DNA of 64,000 bases, taken from the NCBI GenBank assembly GCA_017935245.1, contig JAGBHZ010000011.1, forward strand, positions 107,286 through 171,285. Reading direction: 5' to 3'. Positions 56,543 through 64,000 of this stretch are shown piece after piece. The position numbers and the translations under genes are program-made. Position 1 is the first letter of the stretch, and the number at the start of each line of letters is the position of its first letter. The notes beneath the pieces are model-generated. The model did no database searches. It saw nothing but the letters and a program-made list of their open reading frames with translations, and was not told where the DNA came from. The DNA is from Alphaproteobacteria bacterium (GTDB taxonomy: Bacteria > Pseudomonadota > Alphaproteobacteria > Rs-D84).

Positions 56543-56917
56543 ATGAAAAAGATTATTGCGTTATTGTCTGTGGTTTTATTGGCCGCGTGTGGTGGATTAA
56601 TAAAAAATGAAAATGGTAGTCAATATCTGGTTCAATTAGATGCAGAACCAATTGGATGTACGTATCTGTATAAACTGGAATCAGAAGTGTCGGTTTATGA
56701 TGCGGATGATGCACGCAGATATATGGAAAATCGTATTGTTGACCAGGCGCGTCCTGGGAATGCATACTGGATTACCAGTCAACGTACACGCCCGAACGAG
56801 TGGGTGATTTTTGGCCCGGAACGTGCATTTATATTGGTGGCAAATGTTTATGATTGTCCAAATCCACAGCGTGTGCGGACCGCGCGTGATGGTGGGGTGG
56901 CAACGGTGTCTTATTAA
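56543..56917 (+). CDS. Small lipoprotein, hypothetical
   Basis: Lipobox (LLAACGG). 124 aa. It starts 14 nt after lpxC and is followed by a strong terminator. Confidence 0.6.
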   Translation: MKKIIALLSVVLLAACGGLIKNENGSQYLVQLDAEPIGCTYLYKLESEVSVYDADDARRYMENRIVDQARPGNAYWITSQRTRPNEWVIFGPERAFILVANVYDCPNPQRVRTARDGGVATVSY

Positions 56918-56946
56918 AAAAATCCCCATATGGGGATTTTTTTTTA
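56916..56946. terminator. Bidirectional-looking rho-independent terminator
   Basis: AAAAAAATCCCCA-ta-TGGGGATTTTTTTTT. Confidence 0.8.
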
Positions 56947-57098
56947 TAATGAGTAAAGCTCAAAATACAAAGTTCAAATGATGAATACATTAAATATTTT
57001 ATAAATTCCCTAATTGTGTTTTGAACCTTGGTTTTAGTGTTGCGGGGGTGGGGATTTTTGTGTTATAATTTTATCACAAGACTAGTCAGAGAGAGAAA

Positions 57099-58361
57099 TT
57101 GTTAAACCAAGTTGTATATGTTAATCATAAAAAATACGCAACCGGTCTGTTTTGGCAACCGATTGGTGCGGGCTTTGTTGCACGTAATTATGCCCGGAAT
57201 TTAGCGCGTTCAATCGATAAAAAATTAAATCTTTTTGTTGAATATCGTGGGATGATTGGTTTGGGGACGCGGCGCAATGGTGTGCGGGCCGGTATCCCAT
57301 CGATTGCCGCGGAAATTATGGAATCTTTGTCGGAATATACGTCGTTTCTGGGGGCGTTTGCAACCGATAAACGCTATGTTGTTGTGGCGGTTCGTAATGG
57401 CGTTATTTTAGAAGATAAAGTTTTTAATACCGAAGCAGATGCACGTGCAGAATATGTTAAATTATCAGAAATACCCGATTGGGGGGCATTAATCGCGCCC
57501 GGTGCATGGGGTATGCCACGTGCAATTGAACGTTTGTTATCAGATGTTGTGTCGCATGGTGTGCATGCAAACCTGCATACAATCAGTCGGGCGGGTTCAC
57601 GTATGACGTCTGTGTTGATGATTGCGTCGTTTGTGGTTATTTTGTTATATTTATTCCGTGAACCAATTGGTCAGATGTTGGCGCCACGTCCACAAATTGC
57701 AGAAATTAATCCAGAACTGGTTGCGGAATATAAAAAGCAAATCGAAGAAAAAAACAAAGAATTAGATGTGCAATTTGAAATTGAAAAACCGTTGCCACCC
57801 GAACCGATTGTGATGCCGTTTGAAAATTTACCAGACCCAATGGCGCGTGCAGAAATTTGCTATCAGGCGATTGGTTTTGTTATGCAGCCTGTTGTTGGGT
57901 GGAATCAGACAATTGCAACATGTGCACAAACATATGTTAGTGCAGAATTAAAGCGTGATTTTGGTACATTGACAGAATTTTATAACGTTGCGGGTGATTT
58001 AATGCCCGGGGCGTTGGTTGCCGAAGAATCAGAAAACCTGTTGATTGTTCAGGCGAATTTGCCGGCTGTTAAAACACAGTCGTCCCAGGATGAACGTGAT
58101 GCCCAGACGATTGTTCGTGATGTAACAAGTTTGTTTCAATCAATTGATGAAAATCTGGATATTCAAATCATTACAGATACATTAACAAATGGTGTTGATG
58201 TTGCAACGGTTGATGTTGTTGAAATTGCAGTGGCTTCTAAGTTAAAACCAATGCAATTTATGGAAATATTTAACGAATTTGGCGGTGTTTATATGACGGC
58301 CGTAACATGGGATGCGGTGCGTCGCATATGGAACTATGAGGTGATAATCTATGCAAAATAA
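57099..58361 (+). CDS. Bitopic inner-membrane protein of a type IVb pilus-like assembly module (BfpC/R64 PilO/GspL-like architecture)
   Basis: 420 aa. A cytoplasmic N-domain of about 165 aa is followed by a single transmembrane helix (MTSVLMIASFVVILLYLF) and a periplasmic domain of about 235 aa. It is the first gene of a four-gene cluster that ends with a GspE-family ATPase and a platform protein. Confidence 0.5.
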   Translation: MLNQVVYVNHKKYATGLFWQPIGAGFVARNYARNLARSIDKKLNLFVEYRGMIGLGTRRNGVRAGIPSIAAEIMESLSEYTSFLGAFATDKRYVVVAVRNGVILEDKVFNTEADARAEYVKLSEIPDWGALIAPGAWGMPRAIERLLSDVVSHGVHANLHTISRAGSRMTSVLMIASFVVILLYLFREPIGQMLAPRPQIAEINPELVAEYKKQIEEKNKELDVQFEIEKPLPPEPIVMPFENLPDPMARAEICYQAIGFVMQPVVGWNQTIATCAQTYVSAELKRDFGTLTEFYNVAGDLMPGALVAEESENLLIVQANLPAVKTQSSQDERDAQTIVRDVTSLFQSIDENLDIQIITDTLTNGVDVATVDVVEIAVASKLKPMQFMEIFNEFGGVYMTAVTWDAVRRIWNYEVIIYAK

Positions 58362-59025
58362 ATTTTTATGTGTTTTATTTGGAATGTTTGTTTTTGTGTT
58401 TGGTGCGCATGCCGCCGAAGAGGTTGATGTTGATATAACAGAAGATGTTTTGGTCGAAGATATGTCGGCCGATGCCGTTGCCGCGTACCAGGTCGAAGGG
58501 TCGTTGTTTCAACAAATTACCGACCTGGAACAGGAAAAGGTTTTAATGCAGTTGGAAAAAGAACGTGCGCAATTGGATTTGGAATTAGATAGATTGGCGG
58601 CGGAAAAAATTAAACTGCATATGGAAATTGATACACTGTCGGGACGTGCAGAACAACAACAACAGCAAATTGAAACAGAAAAAGCAAAATTAGAGGCCGA
58701 GGCAGCGCGTCTGGAACTGGAAAAAGAAAGAATACTGGCGACAGAGGTTGAACCAATGTCAACATCTTCGTCGTATTCAAATACAGCCAAAGAAGAAGTT
58801 GTTAATGATGTTGATTTATCAAAAAAATATAAACTGGTTAATGTTATTGGGGCCGGTGCGCAATTACAGGCAACCGTTGCGGATTTGTCCAGTGGGCAAA
58901 ATAAACGGGTTAGTGTAGGCAAGGTTTTAGATGGTTTTTCCGTTAAATCAATATCGTTGGAAGATGGTGTTACATTTGTTAAAGATGGAAAAACACAAAC
59001 ATTGAATGTTGGGACGGCAAATTAA
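58351..59025 (+). CDS. Periplasmic coiled-coil protein with a C-terminal beta-domain (PilP/BfpU/GspC-HR-like)
   Basis: Signal peptide (VLFGMFVFVFGAHAA), a long coiled-coil (LEKERAQLDLELDRLAAEKIKLHMEID...QQQQQIETEKAKLEAEAARLELEKE), and a C-terminal VIGAGAQLQATV...VLDGFSVKSISLEDGVTFVKDGKTQTL domain. It overlaps the upstream gene by 11 nt. Confidence 0.45.
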   Translation: MQNKFLCVLFGMFVFVFGAHAAEEVDVDITEDVLVEDMSADAVAAYQVEGSLFQQITDLEQEKVLMQLEKERAQLDLELDRLAAEKIKLHMEIDTLSGRAEQQQQQIETEKAKLEAEAARLELEKERILATEVEPMSTSSSYSNTAKEEVVNDVDLSKKYKLVNVIGAGAQLQATVADLSSGQNKRVSVGKVLDGFSVKSISLEDGVTFVKDGKTQTLNVGTAN

Positions 59026-59040
59026 TATACCGGGAATAAA

Positions 59041-60678
59041 ATGGCAGAAAAACAAAATAATATCGTTGGAAAAAATACAGATGTGATTAAATTGTCTGTG
59101 CCAATTGGTCTGGAAAATTCCGAGACCAAGGATATTATTGATTATCTGTTTTCAAATGGTAATCGTTTGTTGACGGCAACCGGTGCAGAATTTGAATTGC
59201 CACGTGATACCCAGGGAATTATCGCATATTTTTCAGGTGGGGAAATTATTATATCACGCACACATAAATATGATGGGCGTGTGTTGGCATTTGTTGATTT
59301 AATGAAAAAACGTGGTCGTGTTGTTCATGAACCGTTTTATTCAGATATGGGTTTGGTGTCGGCAATTTATAAAACATACGAAGCACGCCTGGGCGGGGGT
59401 GCGCGTTCGCGTATGGATTATGATAACCAAATGCAAAAAGATTTTGTCGATATTATTGCACGCGCCGCCGCACAAAAGGTGTCAGACGTTCATATCGAGG
59501 TTGCCGACCAAACAACAATTTATTTCCGTATCGATGGCAGTATGCAACCCGTTATGGAATATAATTCAGGGTGGGGGGAATCATTTGTGCGTGCCGCGTT
59601 TGCGTCTGCGGATATGTCAAATGCAAACTATGCCCAGAATGAATATCAGTCTGCACAAAAAGATGGGCGTACGCCACTGCGCGGGACAAAAGATTTATAT
59701 CTGCCGTCGGGAATTCTGAGTGTTCGTATGCAATTTAATCCAATTGCGTTCGGTTCCCGGTATGTGGTGATGCGATTGTTGTATGATAATCCATCCGAAG
59801 GTATTAAAACCGAACAAGAATTTGGACCATATGAGCAAAGATTATTGGCGCGTATGCGTTCGTTCCCAACAGGTTTGGTTATTGTCGCAGGTCCAACCAG
59901 TTCGGGAAAATCAACGACATTGGTTCGTAATATGTCGATGATGTTAAAAGAACGTAATTATGAAATAAATATGATTACGGTGGAAAATCCGGTTGAACAA
60001 AAAATATTTGGTGCGCGTCAGATGCCGGTTGTAAATACAACAAACGAAGAACAACGCGAAGATAAATATACAGAAGCGTTGGCGGCCGCGCTGCGAAGCG
60101 ATCCGGATACGCTGATGGTTGGGGAAATTCGTACGTTGGCGGCGGCAGAATTAACCGTGCGTGGTGCATTGTCGGGGCATAATGTTTGGACAACGCTGCA
60201 CGCGAATTCGGCATTGGCCGCGTTAACACGTTTATTAGATTTGGGAATTGAACCATTCAAGTTAAAAGAAGAAACGTTGATGCGTGGTCTGGTATCAATG
60301 CGTTTGTTTAAAAAACTGTGCCCGCATTGTCGCCAGAAGTTATCTGAAAATCCAAATCGTTCGGCGTATCGGCGTGTTATGGATGCATTTGGTGATATCG
60401 GCTTGAACCAGGTTTATATTCGTGGTCCGGGGTGTGAACACTGTAAAGGAACGGGAACATTGGGACGTATCAAGGCCGGCGAGATTATTATTACAAACAG
60501 TGAATTTTTAGGTTTGGCATTGTCTGGAAATACAGATGGGGCGGTGCGTTATTGGCTGGAAGAAATGGATGGACGCACATTAAAAGAAGCCGCAACATCA
60601 TTAATGTTACAAGGAATTATCGGTGTTGATGAATTAGAACGCTGGGTTGGACAATTGGATCAGCCGGGGGTGTATTGA
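59041..60678 (+). CDS. GspE/PilB-family secretion ATPase (type II secretion/type IV pilus assembly ATPase)
   Basis: 545 aa. N2 domain (VSDVHIE...IYFRIDG), Walker A (GPTSSGKSTTL), Asp box, His box, and a tetracysteine zinc motif (CPHCRQ...CEHCKG). Confidence 0.85.
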   Translation: MAEKQNNIVGKNTDVIKLSVPIGLENSETKDIIDYLFSNGNRLLTATGAEFELPRDTQGIIAYFSGGEIIISRTHKYDGRVLAFVDLMKKRGRVVHEPFYSDMGLVSAIYKTYEARLGGGARSRMDYDNQMQKDFVDIIARAAAQKVSDVHIEVADQTTIYFRIDGSMQPVMEYNSGWGESFVRAAFASADMSNANYAQNEYQSAQKDGRTPLRGTKDLYLPSGILSVRMQFNPIAFGSRYVVMRLLYDNPSEGIKTEQEFGPYEQRLLARMRSFPTGLVIVAGPTSSGKSTTLVRNMSMMLKERNYEINMITVENPVEQKIFGARQMPVVNTTNEEQREDKYTEALAAALRSDPDTLMVGEIRTLAAAELTVRGALSGHNVWTTLHANSALAALTRLLDLGIEPFKLKEETLMRGLVSMRLFKKLCPHCRQKLSENPNRSAYRRVMDAFGDIGLNQVYIRGPGCEHCKGTGTLGRIKAGEIIITNSEFLGLALSGNTDGAVRYWLEEMDGRTLKEAATSLMLQGIIGVDELERWVGQLDQPGVY

Positions 60679-60679
60679 T

Positions 60680-61750
60680 ATGAATAAACTGGAAATGTTA
60701 TATGCAAAACTGGTGTTCAGATTCAGTACGGAAAAACGTATGGCGATTTGTCGAAAACTGGCGTCGTTGTTGCGTAATGATTTTACGTTGATGGATGCGC
60801 TGGGGCGTTTGGAAATGATTGAATCAAAAGGTGGTAAAAAACCAAACGAACCATTTGCAATCGTTATGCGTCAGTGGCAAAAAAACCTGGAACGGGGGAT
60901 GAGTTTTTCAGACGCAACACGTGGGTGGGTGCCACCAAATGAAACACTGTTGGTAACCAGTGGTAATATTTCAAATTTGGTGTTGGCGCTGGAAAATGTT
61001 GGGCGTGTTGTTGATGGTACACAACGTATTTCACGTGCAATGCGCGGTGCAATTGCGTACCCGTTATTTTTATTAGCGTTAACGTTTGGTATTATTTTAA
61101 TGGTGGGAATTTATCTGGTGCCGCCATTGGCAGATGTGGCCGGTGATAATATTGTATGGCGTGGGTCGGCACGTTCTTTAATCGCTTTGTCGGATTTTTC
61201 AATCGCATATTGGCCGTGGATTGTTGGTGTCTTTGTTGGGCTAATATTAATTATGTGGCTAAGTTTGGCGAATTGGTCCGGAAAAGTACGCGCCATGTTT
61301 GACAAGTTGCCACCATGGAATATTTATAAAATTCATATGGGTGTTGGTTGGATGATGGCGTTATCGGCAATGGTTGGGTCGGGGGTTACAATCCCAGATG
61401 CAATGCGTATGTTGGCAGATAATGCAAATAAATATCTGCGGTCTATATTGGACAGTGCACTGCATTTTATCGCAAATGGGGATAACCTGGGGGTTGCATT
61501 AAATAAAACCGAACGTGAATTTCCAGATGCAGATATTGTTGGGGATTTAACAATATATGCCGATATGAACGGATTTGATGAAAATTTAAGTCATGTGGCG
61601 AATGATTACCTGGCGGAATCGGTTCGAAAGATGGAATCTATTTCTAATATTATGAACAGTTTGGGAATTTTGCTGGTGTCTGCGATAATTGCATGGGTGG
61701 TATTGGGCACGTTCCAGATGCAAGACCAGATTACAGCGGCCCTGTCATAA
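60680..61750 (+). CDS. GspF/PilC-family inner-membrane platform protein with a single T2SSF domain (BfpE/R64 PilR-like size)
   Basis: About 356 aa from MNKL. The tracked ORF starts at 60647, inside the ATPase end; a stop-TGA-t-ATG junction gives 60680. It has an N-terminal cytoplasmic helical domain and three or four transmembrane helices. Confidence 0.75.
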   Translation: MNKLEMLYAKLVFRFSTEKRMAICRKLASLLRNDFTLMDALGRLEMIESKGGKKPNEPFAIVMRQWQKNLERGMSFSDATRGWVPPNETLLVTSGNISNLVLALENVGRVVDGTQRISRAMRGAIAYPLFLLALTFGIILMVGIYLVPPLADVAGDNIVWRGSARSLIALSDFSIAYWPWIVGVFVGLILIMWLSLANWSGKVRAMFDKLPPWNIYKIHMGVGWMMALSAMVGSGVTIPDAMRMLADNANKYLRSILDSALHFIANGDNLGVALNKTEREFPDADIVGDLTIYADMNGFDENLSHVANDYLAESVRKMESISNIMNSLGILLVSAIIAWVVLGTFQMQDQITAALS

Positions 61751-61777
61751 AAAACAAATCTAATGGCATATTTTAAA

Positions 61778-61860
61778 CCGAATTGGGGGTATCTCATGTA
61801 GCGTCTGTACACTACGATACCCCCAATTCGTTTATCTATACCATTATCTTTATTTTTTTT
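61778..61860. repeat. Intergenic hairpin repeat, copy 2. It sits at the convergent junction after the platform gene.
   Basis: CGAATTGGGGGTATC-tcaTGTAGCGTCTGTACACTACga-GATACCCCCAATTCG, followed by TTTATCTATACCATTATCTTTATTTTTTTT. Same core and tail as copy 1, with stem bases co-varied. Confidence 0.7.
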
Positions 61861-61887
61861 TCCAACCACCAGGGGTAGGGCAATTTT

Positions 61888-62457
61888 TTACACCATAAAT
61901 GGCAGGTTTTCAAGTGTCCCCTCGGCCACGCGTACATTAACGTCAATCATCATAAAGATTGAATCAGGTGTGCGCTGAATTTGTTCGGAAAATATACCAG
62001 AATCCAAAAGGTGGCTGGTATTAACCGATAATTTTGTAATCAGGTGGTCGTCATCCAGCAATGTATAAATCGGACCGATATCGCGTGGTGTGTTTGCGCC
62101 GATTTCATGTTCATTTTGTGGACAGCGCAGACCATCCATAATTGTTTTAACACGGTTATCAATGTCCGAACGTGGAACACCAACAATTTCAGGGTGTAAC
62201 ATTTGGATATCCAGTTCTGCAATCAATTTTAGATTTGGTGTAATAATTGGATTCCAATCAATACCACCAATATGGCGGGTGGTAATCGGACTTTTGGTTG
62301 GGTTGGGAACCATGTATTGTGTCAAATTGTTCCATGGACTGTGTTCAACCAATTTTTTTAATTGTGGATGAAACTGCATCCGGATGTCGGCGATGTGTTG
62401 TGCGCGCTTTTTTGGATTAATTAAAATATCCCCAAAATAAAGTAATTTGAATTTCAT
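61888..62457 (-). CDS. Hypothetical protein
   Basis: 189-aa ORF starting 2 nt after the upstream 90-aa gene. No motif recognised. Confidence 0.45.
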   Translation of the reverse strand: MKFKLLYFGDILINPKKRAQHIADIRMQFHPQLKKLVEHSPWNNLTQYMVPNPTKSPITTRHIGGIDWNPIITPNLKLIAELDIQMLHPEIVGVPRSDIDNRVKTIMDGLRCPQNEHEIGANTPRDIGPIYTLLDDDHLITKLSVNTSHLLDSGIFSEQIQRTPDSIFMMIDVNVRVAEGTLENLPFMV

Positions 62458-62458
62458 A

Positions 62459-62731
62459 TTATTTGCCTTTGTCTAAGATTTCTTTGAACATTTCAATCCC
62501 CAACGGGTGCAGGCGTAATACACGACGGTGATTCCATTTTGCGTCATAAATCAATTGTGTTGGGTTGTTGTATTTTGTTTTTATTTGTGTTTTTTTACGA
62601 AATTCAGAATCCATTGTCTTTTTAACGGTTTCCAAGTCATAAGTGGTACCGTATAATTCACTTAATTTTTTAACCAATGCGGATGCATTTAAAAAATCTT
62701 CTTTTGTAAATCTTGGTGTTGTGTTTGCCAT
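62459..62731 (-). CDS. Hypothetical small protein
   Basis: 90-aa ORF, first gene of a two-gene minus-strand pair. No motif recognised. Confidence 0.4.
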   Translation of the reverse strand: MANTTPRFTKEDFLNASALVKKLSELYGTTYDLETVKKTMDSEFRKKTQIKTKYNNPTQLIYDAKWNHRRVLRLHPLGIEMFKEILDKGK

Positions 62732-62807
62732 GTTTTTATCCCTTTTTTCTTGATAATTATAGCAGAAATTGCTATGTTTTACACTGAAAAAAACGAAAGG
62801 ATTATTT

Positions 62808-64000
62808 ATGTCTGTTAATAATGAATATACCGGTGATTCGATTAAGGTTTTAAAGGGCTTAGAAGCGGTTAAAAAACGCCCAGGGATGTATATCGGCGAC
62901 GTAGGCGAGGGTGGTTCCGGTCTGCATCATATGATTTATGAAGTTGTTAATAACTCTATTGACGAAGCAATGGCGGGTTATGCCGATACAGTCTATGTTT
63001 CATTAAACCCAGATGGCAGTGCCACAATTCGTGATAATGGCCGCGGTATGCCATTTGACATTAATCATGAAACGGGTCGCAGTGCGTTGGAACTGATTAT
63101 GTGTGAATTGCACGCGGGTGGTAAATTTGATAACGAAAGCAATGGTGCGTACAAGGTATCCGGTGGTTTGCACGGGGTTGGTGTGTCGGTGGTTAACGCG
63201 TTGTCCACATGGTTAGAGGTGCGTGTATGGCGTGGCGACAAAGAAGCGTTTATGTCGTTTGCCGATGGGGTGCCAACGTGTGATTTAAAAATAGTCGAAA
63301 ATAAATCTGGAAACGCCCACGGGACAGAGGTTACATTTAAACCATCACCAGAAACATTTACGGGGACTGAATTTAGTTTTGATACGCTTGAAACATGGTT
63401 GCGTGAACAATCGTTCCTTAATGCAAATGTACGTATTATTCTGGAAGATTTGCGTGGCGGTGAAAAGAAGGAACGTGAATTCCATTCTGTGGATGGGTTA
63501 AAAGGATTTGCAACGTATTTGGATAAGTCCAAGGAATTGTTGAACAAAGAACCAATTCAGATGATTAAACAATCTGATGATAATTATATTGAAATTGTTC
63601 TGCAATGGACGACGGCATATACAGAAACATCGTTATGCTTTACAAACAATATTCCAAACCGTGATGGTGGTACACATCTGGCGGGGTTCCGTGCGGGTCT
63701 GACACGTGCAATTAACAAATATATCGGTGAAAAGGGGACAAAAAAAGACATTAACCTGTCGGGGGAAGATTTCCGCGAAGGGTTAACTAGTATTATCAGT
63801 GTTAAAATCCCAGATCCAAAATTTGGTTCCCAGACCAAAGACAAACTGGTATCAAGCGAGGTTCGTCCAATCGTTGAAAGTACAGTATCTGAAATGCTGT
63901 ATGAATTCTTGGATGAAAATCCGGCGATTGCCAAAACAATTATTGATAAAATTATAGAGGCCGCCACCGCCCGCGAAGCCGCCCGCAAGGCACGTGAATT
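62808..64000 (+). CDS. gyrB: DNA gyrase subunit B (N-terminal about 397 aa; the 3' end runs past the window)
   Basis: GHKL ATPase motifs (LHHMIYEVVNNSIDEA, DNGRGMP, GGLHGVGVSVVNALS) and the transducer domain. The frame is open to the window edge. It is absent from the ORF track because it has no stop. Confidence 0.93.
   Translation, partial: MSVNNEYTGDSIKVLKGLEAVKKRPGMYIGDVGEGGSGLHHMIYEVVNNSIDEAMAGYADTVYVSLNPDGSATIRDNGRGMPFDINHETGRSALELIMCELHAGGKFDNESNGAYKVSGGLHGVGVSVVNALSTWLEVRVWRGDKEAFMSFADGVPTCDLKIVENKSGNAHGTEVTFKPSPETFTGTEFSFDTLETWLREQSFLNANVRIILEDLRGGEKKEREFHSVDGLKGFATYLDKSKELLNKEPIQMIKQSDDNYIEIVLQWTTAYTETSLCFTNNIPNRDGGTHLAGFRAGLTRAINKYIGEKGTKKDINLSGEDFREGLTSIISVKIPDPKFGSQTKDKLVSSEVRPIVESTVSEMLYEFLDENPAIAKTIIDKIIEAATAREAARKARE

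Noticed and set aside
63065-63988. Two minus-strand ORFs of 160 and 134 aa near the window end
   Set aside because: They lie antisense inside gyrB, whose + strand frame shows unambiguous GHKL motifs. gyrB is absent from the track only because it has no stop within the window.

Overview
This window looks like about 64 kb of an AT-rich alphaproteobacterial chromosome, most likely from a reduced, probably host-associated genome. I did not compute GC content. The evidence for a reduced genome is a eukaryote-like type-2 IleRS, RpoH, rvh-like type IV secretion genes, several shortened orthologues (MnmG, BamB-like, TopA), and canonical operons that have been rearranged.

Most of the window is housekeeping: metG, queH, fabD-fabG, mnmG, nth, ileS, yfgM/bamB-like, rpoH, two outer-membrane proteins, ftsK, rpsO-truB, mutS, xseB, rsuA-like, rsmE, pheST-rplT-rpmI, mreCD-mrdA-rodA, topA-dnaG, ychF, rmlACDB, lpxK-lpxC and the start of gyrB. 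There are three tRNAs: Val-GAC, Thr-CGU and initiator Met.

The accessory and unusual content is:
- An island-like left end, with an hsdR preceded by a translationally coupled partial ORF and a gene resembling an HUH Rep next to tRNA-Val.
- Dispersed type IV secretion genes: virD4 alone, and virB3-virB4 followed by a predicted secreted HExxH protein.
- A four-gene module resembling the inner-membrane assembly core of a type IVb pilus (BfpC/U/D/E or R64 PilO/P/Q/R), with no pilin, secretin or prepilin peptidase beside it. This is the best candidate for something undescribed.
- A conserved intergenic hairpin repeat present twice, with compensatory base changes.
- A GTTGAAA repeat array and a palindrome upstream of virB3.
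- A putative small RNA with a near-consensus promoter.
- An unannotated zinc-less L36 gene.
- Small Cys-rich proteins tightly coupled to genes for Fe-S enzymes (queH, nth).

Everything here is inferred from sequence motifs and gene order. I ran no database searches or other computations.
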